Of a DNA stretch of 64,000 bases, positions 13,621 through 27,500 are shown one piece after another. How positions within the stretch are numbered: the stretch's first letter is position 1; every line of letters starts with the position of its first letter. The stretch is from Takakia lepidozioides (Eukaryota; Plantae; Bryophyta), in the NCBI GenBank assembly GCA_030704615.1, contig CM060731.1:67828001-67892000 (forward strand), in the 5' to 3' direction. The notes beneath the pieces are model-generated. The model did not search any database. It was not told the origin of the DNA and saw nothing but the letters and a program-made list of their open reading frames with translations. The position numbers were made by a program, and so were the translations under genes.

Positions 13621-13722
13621 CTCACTGTGCCATCTGCGAAATACGAACGTCTTGAACAAGTTATCAACAAGATTTTTTGTGAATGGGGTATCATCACTCA
13701 TATTTTGATACTATAGAACAAA
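13621..13722 (+). pseudogene. eIF3b RRM fragment, 5' half (split by the MULE insertion)
   Basis: Translates as LTVPSAKYERLEQVINKIFCEWGII, resembling eIF3b PVVPxEKFEKLEGVVRKIYSQIGVI. Confidence 0.6.
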
Positions 13723-14480
13723 GGCGCACACTAGAAAAGGCCCGGGAGTTTAATGCGAGCCCTTCGGTCCTGCCTGCGTGGCACCCCCCCCTCCCTCTGG
13801 CTCCCGCTCTGCCGCCCCTCCCCTCGCCACCCCCCAGCCCCGCCCGCCCCCCATTCGTCACCCCATGCATCACATGAGTCGCATGATCCATGTGTTGCAA
13901 CCATCCCATGATGACGGACAACCTCCCATAGCATGATGTGACTCACATAGCCATTGCAGGCCGTAGGTGATCGCAATCATCATGCTTGCGTGCTTTTCGC
14001 GTCCTGTCCGCACGCACATGGCGTCGCTGACGCTTCGATGCGGCCCCTCGCCTGTCACCACCCACGTCAATTCTTGAGTGTTGAGATTCATGGCAGCCTC
14101 ATGACATCTTCTCCAAGCTCAATGGCGTCTGATGGGGCCGGATTATATGATCCCGGTGGAAGCGGTATTGTAGGCACTCTCTTGCATATGAATTGGCTTG
14201 CATGTGTTACAAATTCAGTGAGCTCTGGCGGTGAAACGATTACTCATTGGAGGTCACTTTAGGGTTACTTCTTTTGTAGTTTTGTAGTCATTCACTTCAT
14301 TTGCAGCTATTCTCTTGCCCTTGCCTTTTTTTGTCATGAGCAGAAATGGAGTCATTTAGAGTTCGTGTGCGTGCAGTCTTGTTTTAGTGTCAGTCGTTGC
14401 TTTCACATTCCAGCAACCTCCGAGTGTAGCTAGTCGATTCGCAGAAACGAGTTGTAGGAGGATTTGCAGTGAAGGCCAAG

Positions 14481-17208
14481 ATGGTGAAACAATCCAGCAT
14501 GCACAAAGCGCGCAAAACGTACCATGAGGTATACGACTCGGACAAGTGGGAATCGCTGATATGCGAGGCTCACTCTGAGGCAAGGCTTGAAGAGCCTGGT
14601 GATGATAATAGGAAGCCATTTAGATGTATTCATTGTCGTAAAGTTTTTAAAGATAAGAAGAAAGTTAACATTCACATGATAAATGGCTGTGATGTAGCTG
14701 TGGAAAAGGGTGGTCCTAAACTGAAAATGTACCCTGTGTTTGAGCCGGGGTAGAGGCACATCATGGAGGGTGTTCTTTGTAAGCATGGGCTGAAGCGTCC
14801 TGGAAAAGGGATGAAGATGAGGGTAGAGGGTGACGATAGTATTATGGAGGAGGCTACACGAGATGTTAAGCGCAGGAAGCAGTTGAGTCTACGGAAGGAG
14901 CCAGGGAATGATTCTGAGGATGACGATATCTCCATCTTGGACACACCTCCTCTCGTGCCACAGGTAACTGTTACCACTCAACGCATTGGCAACTCTACTT
15001 TGGACGGACCTCCTGTTGTGCCACAGGCACCTGTTACCACTCAACGCATTGGCAGCTCTACTTTGAACGGACCTGCTGCTGTGCCACAGGACACCGTGAA
15101 AGTTCACCGCATTGTGAAGACTACATAGGACGGACTTGCTACTGTGCCATAGGAAAGTCGCCAACCTGAAGACCACATTGTGAAGGAGGTACATGTTGCA
15201 TCTTTAAGTAGAGAAGAGGCCATAGATGGCTTTGTGAAGGCGTCATTGCTGCTGACCTCGGATATTGTTGTGCCTCCGAAACCCGCACCTGTTCCATGCC
15301 CAGGACTCACCTATCTAATGAAGTACGGCTTGCTGCCCGAGGGATTCCCTTCTCCGGATGATGCTTCTTTCCCAGACCACCTTGTTGCACTTATTGGGAA
15401 ATTCAAGTTTTCAGACCAAATGATAAGCACCGCCTTTGGTCAATGGTGGCTTAAGGCACGGGTACATACACCTTCTTTCTGGCCTGCACCTTCTTTTACA
15501 TGTTCCCTTCCTTCATGATTCGTGTCTCTACAATTTGTTGGAAGTTCCGAGCTGTAGTAAGTTTACTATGACTGCTGAAATGAACCTTGCATCTCCAATG
15601 GGGGGAGAGCAGATCCATGCATCTCCAATGGAGAAGGCAGTTGTTGAAAAAGTGGTGGAGCTATTCAGGGGCCGTCCTGGAGTATGGCGTGAGCATATTG
15701 CTCAGTTGAATGAATGCCAACGTGTGTTTGCACATCACAACTATACCAAGGCATTGCTAGATTGTGAACTCGAATTGGTTGCAGCTCAGTCTCAGTTGGA
15801 GGCTCGTAGAAGGCTGTTCGTGGATGAGAACATTGCAAAATGGGATAGAGAGCAATATGACGTCAAACAGGAGGGAATCTGGTCCCCTCTATACCAAATT
15901 ATTACAGAAGGTGAGATCCCTGAGGTGTTGCCCATTATGTTCACACATGCAGAAGACGAAGCCGAGAGGTTGATGGTCAATCTGGTCTTGGCTCGGAAAA
16001 ATGCTCCACCTCCAAAGGTGCCGCTGTTCATACGGATATTACATCAGATTTGGATGTGTCAAGTTCACAAGACATCACCTCTTTCCATTCCCCGAAACCA
16101 GGTTTTGGAAAGCCTGCAACACCATCTTCTGAATACATAGGATGGTCATGGTGCCCTCAGAAATGCCAGTGACAACTTCCTCAAGGTTGGATATTTTCTG
16201 TACGGTGCCATGCCCCCATATGAGGAAGCCCGGACTGTGGTACAGGGGGCGGTTGCAGCCCTTGTGGGTGTGAGCAGTGAGGATTGCGATCGAGTTGTTC
16301 ATGAATTGGAAGAGTTCATGCGTGAGGTCCACTGCAGAGCTGTGTGTGACCTCGCTATACTTAATCCGAGTGCCTTCAAGAAGTTGTGGTGTGGGAGTGC
16401 AACAAGTGAGGGTGCAGGGGCCAAGAAAAAATCCGTGCAGGACTTCATTCATATTTTGGGACATCGGGAGGAAGTCGACATGGGATGGCTTCCTTGCCCA
16501 CCAGGTCTGTATTGGCCTTACATTTTGTTGCGATATGCATATTAGATTGTCCTACTTAGTAACAATGTTATTGTGCTCGTTTTCACCTGTTGGCAAATGT
16601 CACTATAACATATACTGAATGCATTCATACTTCTGCAGGTTCTTTTGATTACGGGGAATCCAACATACATGAGAAAATTGCTGCATCCCGGCAAAGCCTG
16701 CATGATGTCCACATTGAGAGGCATGCAAGGGATGAGGCGCGTTTCTCCAAACCTCCACATGAAGAGCGAAATTCGGGTATCCTTGAACGTCAGTCACAAG
16801 ACACACGAGGTCCACCTCCAAACAATACAAACAATGGGGGCATCATCCTCGCTGTTGATATGGCATGCTCAGGCATCATTTCTGAAGACAGGTCAATTAT
16901 GCTGGTGGAAAATGTGCTGCAGGATCCTCTCCTCCCTTAGCCCGAACACAACGCTAATCCTGAACAACCATGAGACGACATACACTGCCCAGAACCAGGT
17001 CCCATGACTCAACTTGAAATGCAACTAAATGCCAGTCAGGTATTTCCTAACTTGTATGGACCGCCTCCCCCTGTGGCGTCTTTTGCTTCTGAACAAACCC
17101 TCTTTCACATGAATGACTTCAACAGTCCTCCACCCCTTAGTACGCGATATCCGACTGATGAGATGTCATTGTACATGCAATAAGCAATGTCGGATCTTCC
17201 GTAACCCA
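14481..17208 (+). pseudogene. Degenerate second (accessory) gene of the MULE with a C2H2/C2HC-like zinc finger and 63-bp repeats
   Basis: KPFRCIHCRKVFKDKKKVNIHMINGC and tandem 21-aa repeats (LD.PP.VPQ..VTTQRIG.ST), spread over successive plus-strand ORFs broken by stops. It lies inside the left TIR, convergent with the transposase. Confidence 0.45.
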
Positions 17209-17708
17209 NNNNNNNNNNNNNNNNNNNNNNNNNNNNNNNNNNNNNNNNNNNNNNNNNNNNNNNNNNNNNNNNNNNNNNNNNNNNNNNNNNNNNNNNNNNN
17301 NNNNNNNNNNNNNNNNNNNNNNNNNNNNNNNNNNNNNNNNNNNNNNNNNNNNNNNNNNNNNNNNNNNNNNNNNNNNNNNNNNNNNNNNNNNNNNNNNNNN
17401 NNNNNNNNNNNNNNNNNNNNNNNNNNNNNNNNNNNNNNNNNNNNNNNNNNNNNNNNNNNNNNNNNNNNNNNNNNNNNNNNNNNNNNNNNNNNNNNNNNNN
17501 NNNNNNNNNNNNNNNNNNNNNNNNNNNNNNNNNNNNNNNNNNNNNNNNNNNNNNNNNNNNNNNNNNNNNNNNNNNNNNNNNNNNNNNNNNNNNNNNNNNN
17601 NNNNNNNNNNNNNNNNNNNNNNNNNNNNNNNNNNNNNNNNNNNNNNNNNNNNNNNNNNNNNNNNNNNNNNNNNNNNNNNNNNNNNNNNNNNNNNNNNNNN
17701 NNNNNNNN
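17209..17708. other. Assembly gap (500 N)
   Basis: Run of N; the true size is unknown. Confidence 1.
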
Positions 17709-20700
17709 TCCACTCAAACAGAAAATGCCATCCTGGTTGTCTAACATGACAACTCCAGTGTCACCATGGCGCGCTCAATGCTGGCCTAGCTGGCAGCTCC
17801 ATCAACCTGCAGCGCCAGCTTGCCATGGCGCCGCCGTGGCAGTCTTGACCCTCAAATCCCGAGGATCCCTCCGGCACTACACCTCCCACTATCTCCGCAG
17901 AAGAATGAAGTAACCTCCCCACTCTCACAGATGTAGCTGCCAGCCTGAACACCTCAGCTGGTTTTACCCCCGCGTCGCAATCATGGTAGCCCGAGAACAA
18001 TGCGAGCCTGCACACCACAGATGTGGCCGCTCCCTAGCCAGCACACTAGCACTGCCGTAGCCTTGGCAACACTAGGTAGTGGTGCTACCCGTGTAGCCTC
18101 TCCCCAATGCATAGTAACCTCCGCCTCGTAACAGTCGGCGAGAACTAGGTGCCATGGATGGCGTCGACATGTCTCCGCCAATGTGAATGACTGAGGAAGC
18201 CTAGCCTGACGGCTGCCTCCCCACGCTGTGGATCCAACTCCACCTCTGCACCTCGTGGCTCAGGAACTCGTGCTGCTCCTCGAGTCATCGGCTTGCAGCA
18301 TGACTCCACCTGCACTAGTGGTTAGTGCTGATCCACACATGAATCCATGCCTTCCCATATCTCCTCCCTCAGGAGCAGGAGGTGGACCATCCGGCCTAGA
18401 GCCACGGTACCACCTGACTGTACCATGGCAGCGACCTATGCTCTAGCTGCTGAAGCCGGTTGGCCATGCCTGTGTCAACACCCTGACCTCCGCGTCCTTG
18501 GCCACGTGAGCTGCCCTTGCCTGCACCTCGTGCCTGCCACCTCGTCCCCTCTGGCTCTCCACCTCGGCCCCGGCCACCATTGTTCCCTTGGAACTGGCCT
18601 GGGCGCAACTCAGGATGCAAACCATAACACTGAGCCTCTCCATGCCCGTGTTTGCCACAATGCCCACACTGTAACTGTGCAGGCTGTGCATGTGCCGGCC
18701 CTTTGCCTCCCTCTGACAATCCTTCTTGACATGGGTCCTCCACATGTCCAGCCACACCACATCCGCCCGTTGTTGGCCAGCAAATGAAGGGAGAGACCCC
18801 TGCATCTGAGGTCCTCTCTGCCCTTCCCTGAGCTTCACCTGAGCCCCGCCTGTTTGCCTTGAGCACGTTGAGGGTAGTGGTTGGCTAGGAGCACCACTAC
18901 CGCCCGTGGTGTCTCCTTAGCAAATCCCACCATGACCACTCGTTCCCTCCACCATGTGTGAGCTCTATCGCGCTCTGCCAGCAAAAACACATTTGCTAAG
19001 GTGGGGTTGGGCCGCGTTGTAGGAGAGTTGCATCCCGCACCCTTTCTCCTCAGCTCCTTGGTCCAATATCCCATACCAGAATTGACTGCCTGAGCTTCCG
19101 TAACCCCTTGGGTTACATTTATCAAGCGCCTCATGCGAGTGAAAGCCTGCCTCAAGCTCTCGAGTCGGCCTTCCGTTGGAACTCTTGCAAGCTCCGCAAC
19201 TTCTCTGTCCTCACCCCTTTGTAGTTCCCTCTCAACTCTTCGGAAGAAACTCCACAACAGGGTTGAAGGCAGGCACGGTGCTAGTGCTGGTGCGCGGTAG
19301 TGGCTTGGGTGGACGTCGTAGCTACGTGTACCACCAGTCCCACTGCTCTTGCTGAAGCTGCCGGAAGCAGCGCGCAGGTGTAGCCACTGCCCTCGTGGCT
19401 CTAGTGCCCCTAGTGATGGAGACATAGTCGGGTGACCAGTACATCCTCCACTCCTCGATCTCAACCTCATGCCCCCGCCTGAACTCATGGTAATCATCCA
19501 TAGGCGGCCCCTCAAGTGCTGAAACAGCCCTTTCCATGCCATGAACGGCGTAAATAGTTGTGGATTGCGCATTTGCTGCAAATCACACCAACTATCAAAC
19601 TCTTGGATAAAATCATTCCAACTCAATGGTGCCACCGCCCCAGAGTACCTCGTGCCCCTTGTAGCTCATACATCTCCTCCATTGTGTCCCACAACAATGG
19701 CAAGAAAACAACTTGCACCGCCGGTATGAGCCCTCGCTGATTCACAATCCGAATCAGAACCTTCCGTGGAAGACACAGGAGGTGAAGGTGGCCTAAACCG
19801 CACACCTCGTCTCGTGTACCCACTAGTATCACTAGTGCTCGAACCGGCACTGTCCCAGCAACTAGTGGCACCTCCGTGTTGACACTCAACCGGTCATGAA
19901 CATGTCTCTAACCCCCTCTCCACAAGGTAAACCGGGTAGAGACCTGTTGCGGCTTATGGTTTGGAATACTAATTCCTAACATAGCCTACACCTGTACCTG
20001 CATCCACCGCAAGCACTCCTATGGTTGGCTGGTCATCACCTCCAACCTCACCACAGGAGAAACCAATGATGGTCTGGCTGGTCATCACCCCAGTCTCACC
20101 ATCGACAGCATGCTCTAGGACTGGCCGGTGATCAAATCCGGACCAATCACCTATAAAAACAGCGCCCACACAAACACTAGCATGGCGCACAGTCAAGCAT
20201 GCAGGTATGGAGGGATCCAAACACAAGAAATCAGAATCGACAACTCCCCCACACCAAAACAACTCCACGGTGTTGCTCCTGCAAGGACACCCCAGCCCAA
20301 ACCGGACTGACTCTTGCCTCCACCTACGGAAAGGTCTTGGCCTAATGAGAGGGTGGAAACTACGAGGAAGGAAGCTAAAGCAATGCCTAACCCCAGCATG
20401 CTCTCATCCCAACACTCTGCCTCTCCTCTCTACCCTCACTTGCATGACCATTGGAATATCATGAAGATACCTCAAACCGCCCTCCACGAGCTTCAAAATT
20501 AGGCCTTCCAGACCACATGCCAGTCCTTAGGCAGTCCACCAGTGCCTCCACGAGTCAGCACAGGCCGCCCACAGGTCAACACGGGCCACCACAGACCAGC
20601 ACAGGCCCACAAAGCCTCACTGGTCACAGCCGTCACAGTCCCACAGGCCACTGGGCACAGCCTGTCGCAGCCCCTTACAGCCTGTCACAGCCTCAAAGGC

Positions 20701-23700
20701 CACTGGGCACGCCTGTCACAGCCTGACACAGCCCGTCACAGCCCCACAGGGCACGGGCACAGCCTGTCACAGCCCATCACAGCCCATCACAGCCCGTCAC
20801 AGCCTCAAAGGCCTCAGGCACGGCCTGTCACAGCCCCTCACAGCCCCGTCACAGCCCCAAAGGCCTCAGGCACGGCCTGTCACAGCCCCTCAAGCCCGTC
20901 ACAGCCCAAAGGCCATGGGCACGGCCTGTCACAGCCCCTCACAGCCCGTCACAGCCCCAAAGGCCTCAGGCACGGCCTGTCACAGCCCCTCACAGCCCGT
21001 CACAGCCCCAAAAGGCCATGGGCACGGCCTGTCACAGCCCTCACAGCCCGCACAGCCTCAAAGGCCTCAGGCACGGCCTGTCACAGCCCGTCCACAGCCC
21101 CAAAGGCCATGGGCACAGCCTGTCACAGCTCGCCGCAGCCTGTCACAGCCCGTCACAGCCCCACAGGCCTCAGGGCACAGCCTGTCACAGCCCCGCACAG
21201 CCCGTCACAGCCCCAAAGGCCATGGGCACGGCCTGTCACGCCCCTCACAGCCCGTCACAGCCCCAAAGGCCTCAGGCACGGCCTGTCACAGCCCCTCACA
21301 GCCCGTCACCAGCCCCAAAGGCCATGGGCACGGCCTATCACAGCCCCTCACAGCCCGTAACAGCCCCAAAGGCCTCAGGCACGGCCTGTCACAGCCCCTC
21401 ACAGCCCGTCACAGCCCCAAAGGCCATGGGCACGGCCTGTCACAGCCCCTCACAGCCCGTCACAGCCCCAAAGGCCATGGGCACGGCCTGTCACAGCCCC
21501 TCACAGCCCGTCACAGCCTCAAAGGCCTCAGGCACGGCCTGTCACAGCCCGTCACAGCCCCAAAGGCCATGGGCACAGCGTCACAGCTCGCCGCAACCTG
21601 TCACAGCCGTCACAGCCCCACAGGCCTCAGGCACAGCCTGTCACAGTCCCGCAACAGCCCGTCACAGCCCCAAAGGCCATGGGCAAGGCCTGTCACAGCC
21701 CCTCACAGCCCGTCACAGCCCCAAAGGCCTCAGGCACGGCCTGTCACAGCCCCTCACAGCCCGTCACAGCCCCAAAGGCCATGGGCACGGCCTGTCACAG
21801 CCCCTCACAGCCCGTCACAGCCTCAAAGGCCTCAGGCACGGCCTGTCACAGCCCGTCACAGCCCGTCACAGCCCAAAGGCCATGGGCACAGCCTGTCACA
21901 GCTCGCCACAGCCTGTCACAGCCCGTCACAGCCCCACAGGCCTCAGGGCACAGCCTGTCACAGCCCGCACAGCCCGTACAGCCCCAAAGGCCAGGGCACG
22001 GCCTGTCAGAGCCCGTCACAGCCCGTCACAGCCTCAAAGGCCTCAAGCACGGCCTGTCACAGCCCCTCACAGCCCATCACAGCCCCAAAGGCCATGGGCA
22101 CAGCCTGTCACAGCCCATCACAGCCCCACAGGCCTCAGGGCACAGCCTGTCACAGCCCCGCACAGCCCCAAAGGCCACTGGGCACAGCCTGTCACAGCCT
22201 GACACAGCCCGTCACAGCCCCACAGGCACAGGGCACCGCCTGTCACAGCCCATCACAGCCTATCACAGCCTGTCACAGCCTGTCACAGCTTGCCACAGCC
22301 CATCACAGCCCGTCACAGCCCCACAGGGCACAGGGCACAGCCCGTCACAGCCCGTCACAGCTCGCCACAGCCTCACACAGCCCGTCACAGCCCCACAGGG
22401 CACAGGGCACAGCCTGTCACAGCCCCTCACAGCCCGTGACAGCTTGCCACAGCCTGTCACAGCCCCTCACAGCCCGTGACAGCTTGCCACAGCCTGTCAC
22501 AGCCCCACACATGGCCGCTCTGGAAGTTTAGCCATTTCTCCAAGGGGTTTAGCCACGCCAAGCTAGGGTTTGTGTCTCTTGGACTCTAGGCTTCTTTCCA
22601 CCGAGCTATGGTGGCTGTGAGGAAATCAGCAAGGTATCCTTGCTCTTTCGGCTCCCACACACCACCATAGTAGCCCTAAGCCATGAGGTGGTTGCCACAA
22701 ACCAAGCCTTCTTTCTCACTTAGCCTCTCCAAACACGCCACTAAACTCAATGGCAAACAACCAAGCCCTGCTGGTTCCCAGCCCTTGTGAGCACTCATTC
22801 AAGCACTCTCATTGGCCATAGCATCTGTCTTAGAGCCTATTCCAGCCCTCTACACCTGTTGCTTCCAGAGTTGCGCTCCCTTCAAGCTTGAAGTTGAAAC
22901 CCCAACTCACATAGGCCCTACAGTGCTGTTCTTTCACTCCAAGTGGAAACCAGCCCTAGACCTTCCGTTCTAGCTCTCTAAGGCTTGAAAACAAGAGCCT
23001 CAATGGGCTGAAGGCATGCTCCACACATGCCCCACTCTCACCATAAGAGAATCAGCTCCTTTGCTTCATTTCTTGCACCCACAACCTGATAATACAAGCT
23101 TCAGCAGGCTGTGAAAGCATGCTCTACATGCCCTACAGGGAAACCAGCCCCTTCCTTCCTTTCTTGCACTCCCACACCTAAAAGTGCAAGCCTTCACCAG
23201 GCTGATGCATGCTCCACACATACATTGCCCTCACATAAGGGAAGTCAGCCCTTCCCTCTTCCTTGCTTGCCCTCCAAGCTTGAAGATGGAAGCTTCAATG
23301 AGCTGAATACATGCTCCACACATGCAACCTCTTCACACAAGAGATATCAGCCCCCTATCTTGGCTCCTTGGCTCCTTGATACTCTCTAAGACAAGACTAA
23401 GCACTCCATAGCCTTTGCCAAGCTCCTGAAACCCTAAGGCTTACATTTCCAGCCACAAGACACTTCTCTTGTGGTGCAAGAGCTCTTCTTCAAGCTCTGA
23501 AACCCTAGGTGCACATTCCATGGCCTTGCCGCACCTCTTAGCTCCTGTTCCAGCCGTGCTCTTGCCATGACAAGAGCCCTCTCAATGCTGAAGCTCGAGA
23601 TTGAAACCCAATCTCACCATACTCCACAAAGTGCACTGATTTGCCCCAAGCCAAATCAGCCCTTTCGCTTGGTCTTGCAATCCTTCACACAATGAAAGCT

Positions 23701-24366
23701 CGCATTCCCAAGTCCAGTTCTCAGCTTTGCCACCAAAGCCACTATAACCTGCTCTTGACTGGTCCTCTTCCCAATCGTGCTTGCTCATGCATGTACACAA
23801 TCTGAAACCATCAAGGTGCTCTGGAATTACCTGCAGTATGGTGCTTTCATCTCTGAAGCTGAAGATCGAATGCCAAGGTTTACCACCTCGTAACCCACAT
23901 CGCCTCCGCTTCTAACAACCAAGAGCTCCACGATGCTCCTTGCATAACAACTTGGTTTCCCTCATTTTCAAGCAAAAACCACAAGTGCTACAACTAACTC
24001 GTATCTAGCACTCATAGATACGAGCTCATCTTTCTCGAGTGATAAAGAAGAAGAATACAAGCACAAGCTCATGCGAGCTCACAAAGCTGAAGCATAAACT
24101 CATGCATATATAACCTCATCACTCAAATACAAGTCAAGCCAAGTGCACCCCACGCCATGGGGAATCCACACTACGGCGCCATAGCTAGGCGCGGTGAGGC
24201 TCAACTCGAGAAAGATGAGCCTCCCGCGCTTGCCGTGAAGATAACCACTCCAGGGCCTAAATCTGCCTTGACCCCTGGATTGACACTTGGGCCAATCCCA
24301 AATGTCAATATGTAAAAGCTAGCTATTTCCTAGCTAGTTTCACACTAGTGGTAAAATAACTTGACA
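17709..24366 (-). mobile_element. Degenerate LTR retrotransposon (Ty3/gypsy-like): 5' LTR, long leader and gag, truncated by the gap
   Basis: Starts TGTCAAG at 24366, and the same LTR start recurs at 49208. Frameshifted gag at ~19700-18400 (PLSWNDFIQEFDSWCD...) with CCHC knuckle CGHCGKHGHGEAQC. It abuts MULE transposase sequence at 24367. Confidence 0.7.
20590..22510. repeat. Hierarchical minisatellite based on TCACAGCC (10-11-bp subunits in ~50-57-bp higher-order units) in the retroelement leader
   Basis: Repeating ggcacggcctgtcacagcccctcacagcccgtcacagccccaaaggcc(atg/tca); strong C/A strand skew. Confidence 0.95.
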
Positions 24367-24547
24367 CTTGAAAGAAGGAATGTATCACGAGTAACCTCCA
24401 ACCCCCTATCCATGATATCCCTCACCCTCTACATGTGCTTTGCCATTATCTTGTTGATGCTTAGTCCCAGACGTAGGTTATGTAACACCCATGATTTCAT
24501 GTCATCGCTCAAGTGGGGAGCTAATGAAATACGACCTAGTTGCTGAG
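24367..24547 (-). pseudogene. MULE transposase middle fragment between the two LTR insertions
   Basis: QQLGRISLAPHLSDDMKSWVLHNLRLGLSINKIMAKHM*RVR...TRDTFL continues the At4g13970-like sequence (RAMFAPYISEDLR...LLYVGVSVETIMQRH...RDDLL) that follows CHGP. Confidence 0.75.
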
Positions 24548-27500
24548 TGTATCGAGCACCTCACTTCGGTAAGCTCCCCCTTTAAGTCATAGTTATGATG
24601 CGCGCGCCTAACTCCCAAACTGGCCGCCGGGCCAACTCGGAGCTTCGGCTGCTCACCGGGATATAAAGGTCCCAGTTTGCTTCTCCACAAGACCCTCTCT
24701 CAATTTGGGCCTAGTGGAAATTCCCTTTGGTTGTTGGCAGTCCAGAACAACTCCCCACACCTTGGTCGCTTTCCAGCTCGCACGCTTATTCACTAGTTTT
24801 TGGTCACCAACGGGCTTGTACTATTCTCGGGGTTACTACCCCCTATATATACTTCTGTGACTGTCAGCGGGGGTTTCACAAACAACCCAGTCATTTTATG
24901 GTGAACCACCACGAAAACCCTCGACTCCCGGTGATGAGTCGCGTTGAGTCTTGGCCCACCCACCACAGCCCCAATGGATCGTGATGAGTCCCAAGACTCC
25001 CCACGACTCCCACCACAAGGTCTCCGCCCCATGGTGAGTCTTATGCCACCCCCGCTAAAACCCACTAAGCTACCACCACTCCTCGTGGACCCACCCCCAC
25101 CACAACCCGGTGTGGGGGGTTCCACCTAGTGATTGCCTCCGCCTCCTTGAGTGCCTTGGGCACTCAAGGGTGCTTCAGCCCCCGTACCTATTGTTGCCAC
25201 TGCCCCCACCATAGGGGCAGCCCCTCTTGAGTCCCGACCCCCTGCCCCAAGGCAAAGGGCTGCGACACACACCCCTACCAACAGGGAGTCGATGTCCTCA
25301 TCGACTTGTCCATTTTGTAGAAACGAACATCCAAGTTGTGGCGTCCCACATCAAGGAGTTTGTTCACGTACCATGGCATCCCATAGCAAAGAACCAAATC
25401 CCCACTTGACTCTACTCTCCACTAGCTAGTTCGGCCGACTTCCTCCAAGTCCCGGCCAAGGGTGGAGCCTCTCAAGCTCCACCCAGTGCACTCTTCTTGG
25501 CCTACTTCAAGGCCAAGGAATGATCCTCCCCGAGGATCGAATCGCCTTACTGCAACAACATTGCTTGCGACCGCTCATGATGCCGCTTTTGGCATCACCT
25601 TGAGCAAGGGTTCACCTTGAACCCTTTTTGACTAGGAAAATAACCTTGAACCAACCGTGCGCCCCAATCACTACAATTGGGTCCGCCTTGGAATGTTGCC
25701 CTGAGGTACGGGAACACGCCGAAGCCGCACTACGACTTCGTCCTGAGGCTACACGATTATAGTACGTGAACAGAAGCACGTAGCTTCCGCGTTAGCCCGC
25801 ACTACAAGGCAACCCCCTCGGTAGCGCAGTTATAGTACGCGCACGTGCCAGATGCGCACTAGCACGTGAACTCCCAAAGAAGGCGCAAGTTTCCTTGCCC
25901 CTTGGATGGGAGTCACCCGATTTTGGCACTACACAAACACACGATTAATTCAATTTACCTCTCCCACTTTTGTAAGCTAGCATGCATTCTACACACTAGC
26001 CAACCATACCATGCATCACCATTCCAAACAAAATAGGAAGCACAACATTTGGAAACCATTTCATTTATCACAAATTTGTACAACACAAGTTTTTGCAATC
26101 GGATTCTTGAGCTAGCTAAGCCGGACTAAGCATGCATTTCCTCCCCCACACTCCAAGGTTGATGTCCCCATCAACGCTTCTTCCGCTTTTGAGGTTGCCC
26201 TTCGAAAGCTGCAACCGCCTCGGATGCGTTTTCTATTTCTGAGGCACACACCCAAGTTGCCTCCACTTGATGATAGCCCTTCCATTTCACGAGAAACTCC
26301 GTTTCTCGATTCTTGAACCTCCTCGACTTAAGCACTGCCTCCACCTCGTACTCAGGTTCATTTTCATGATCCAACAGCACAGGTGGCGGACGCAACACTT
26401 GATGCCGATTCAGACGCGCTTCATCTTTGAAGTAAGGCTTCAAAAAAGAGAAATGGAATACCGGATGCACCTTGTTGTTTGCCAGCAGCTCCAATTCATA
26501 CACATCCTCATTCATAACCTTCCGGATACGAAAGGGCCCCGCATACGGAGGTACAAATTTCAGACTCACTTCCGGAGGTAGTCGAAAATTCTTGATGTTC
26601 AACCAGATCTCCGTGCCTGCCTCAAACTTAACTTCCCTCCGCTTCCGATTCGCCTACCGTTCATACCGTTTCCTAGCTTTGGCAATGTTGTACTTTGCGA
26701 GTTTCAACAAACGCTCGCGTTCTTCCAGCACCTCTGCTGCTGCCGGTTCCTCAACGTCCTGGGCGGCCCAACTTGTCGGCACCAAAGGTGCTTTTCCATA
26801 AACCAATACGAAAGGGGAAACTCCCGTTGCGGAGTGTTTTGTGTTATTATAATAGAACTCTGCCGCATCCAAGTGCTCCATCCAGTCTGATTGGTCTGCC
26901 GACACATAATTCCGCAAGATCTGCTTCACCACGGAATTCACTCTTTCTGTTCGGCCGTCCGTCGTAGGTCGGAAGGCGGTGCTCATCTTGAGCCTCGTCC
27001 CCATTTTCTTCCAAAATGCCCTCCAAAATTTACTTGTAAACTTTGGATCGCGGTCCGAGACAATATCCTTCGGGAGTCCATGATGCTTGAAGACGTGGGC
27101 GAAGTAAAGTCGACCCGTCTCTTGCGCTGTTGTCGTCTCTCCTTGGTAGGGATGAAATGACCCATTTTACTGAACCTATCCACCACCACCATGATTGCAT
27201 CGAATCCTTTTGACAGCGGCATAGTAGTCATGAAATCCATCGAGACACTTTCCCAAGACCCCTCTAGAATCGGCAAGGGTTGTAACAGCCCCGCTTGCTT
27301 TTTGTACTCGCTCCGGTTTTGTTGGCATGTGGTGCATGTCTTGACATACTCCCCGGCCTCCTCCTTCAGTTTGGGCCAGAAATACTCTTTCTTCAAGAGT
27401 GCCACGGTGCGCTTGGCTCCGCCGTGGCCCGCAAGCGGGCCATCGTGGCATTCCCTCAAGAGACTATCTCTGATCCTTCCATTCGGCACGTAGAGACGCT

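Noticed and set aside
17105-17913. ORFs containing X runs
   Set aside because: Artefacts of the 500-N gap.
20542-22531. Long 266-538-aa ORFs
   Set aside because: Open in several frames only because the C/A-rich minisatellite lacks stop codons.
24160-24182. PBS (TGGCGCCG...) of the second LTR element
   Set aside because: Not preceded by a CA LTR end and would imply an LTR of only ~185 bp; left unassigned.
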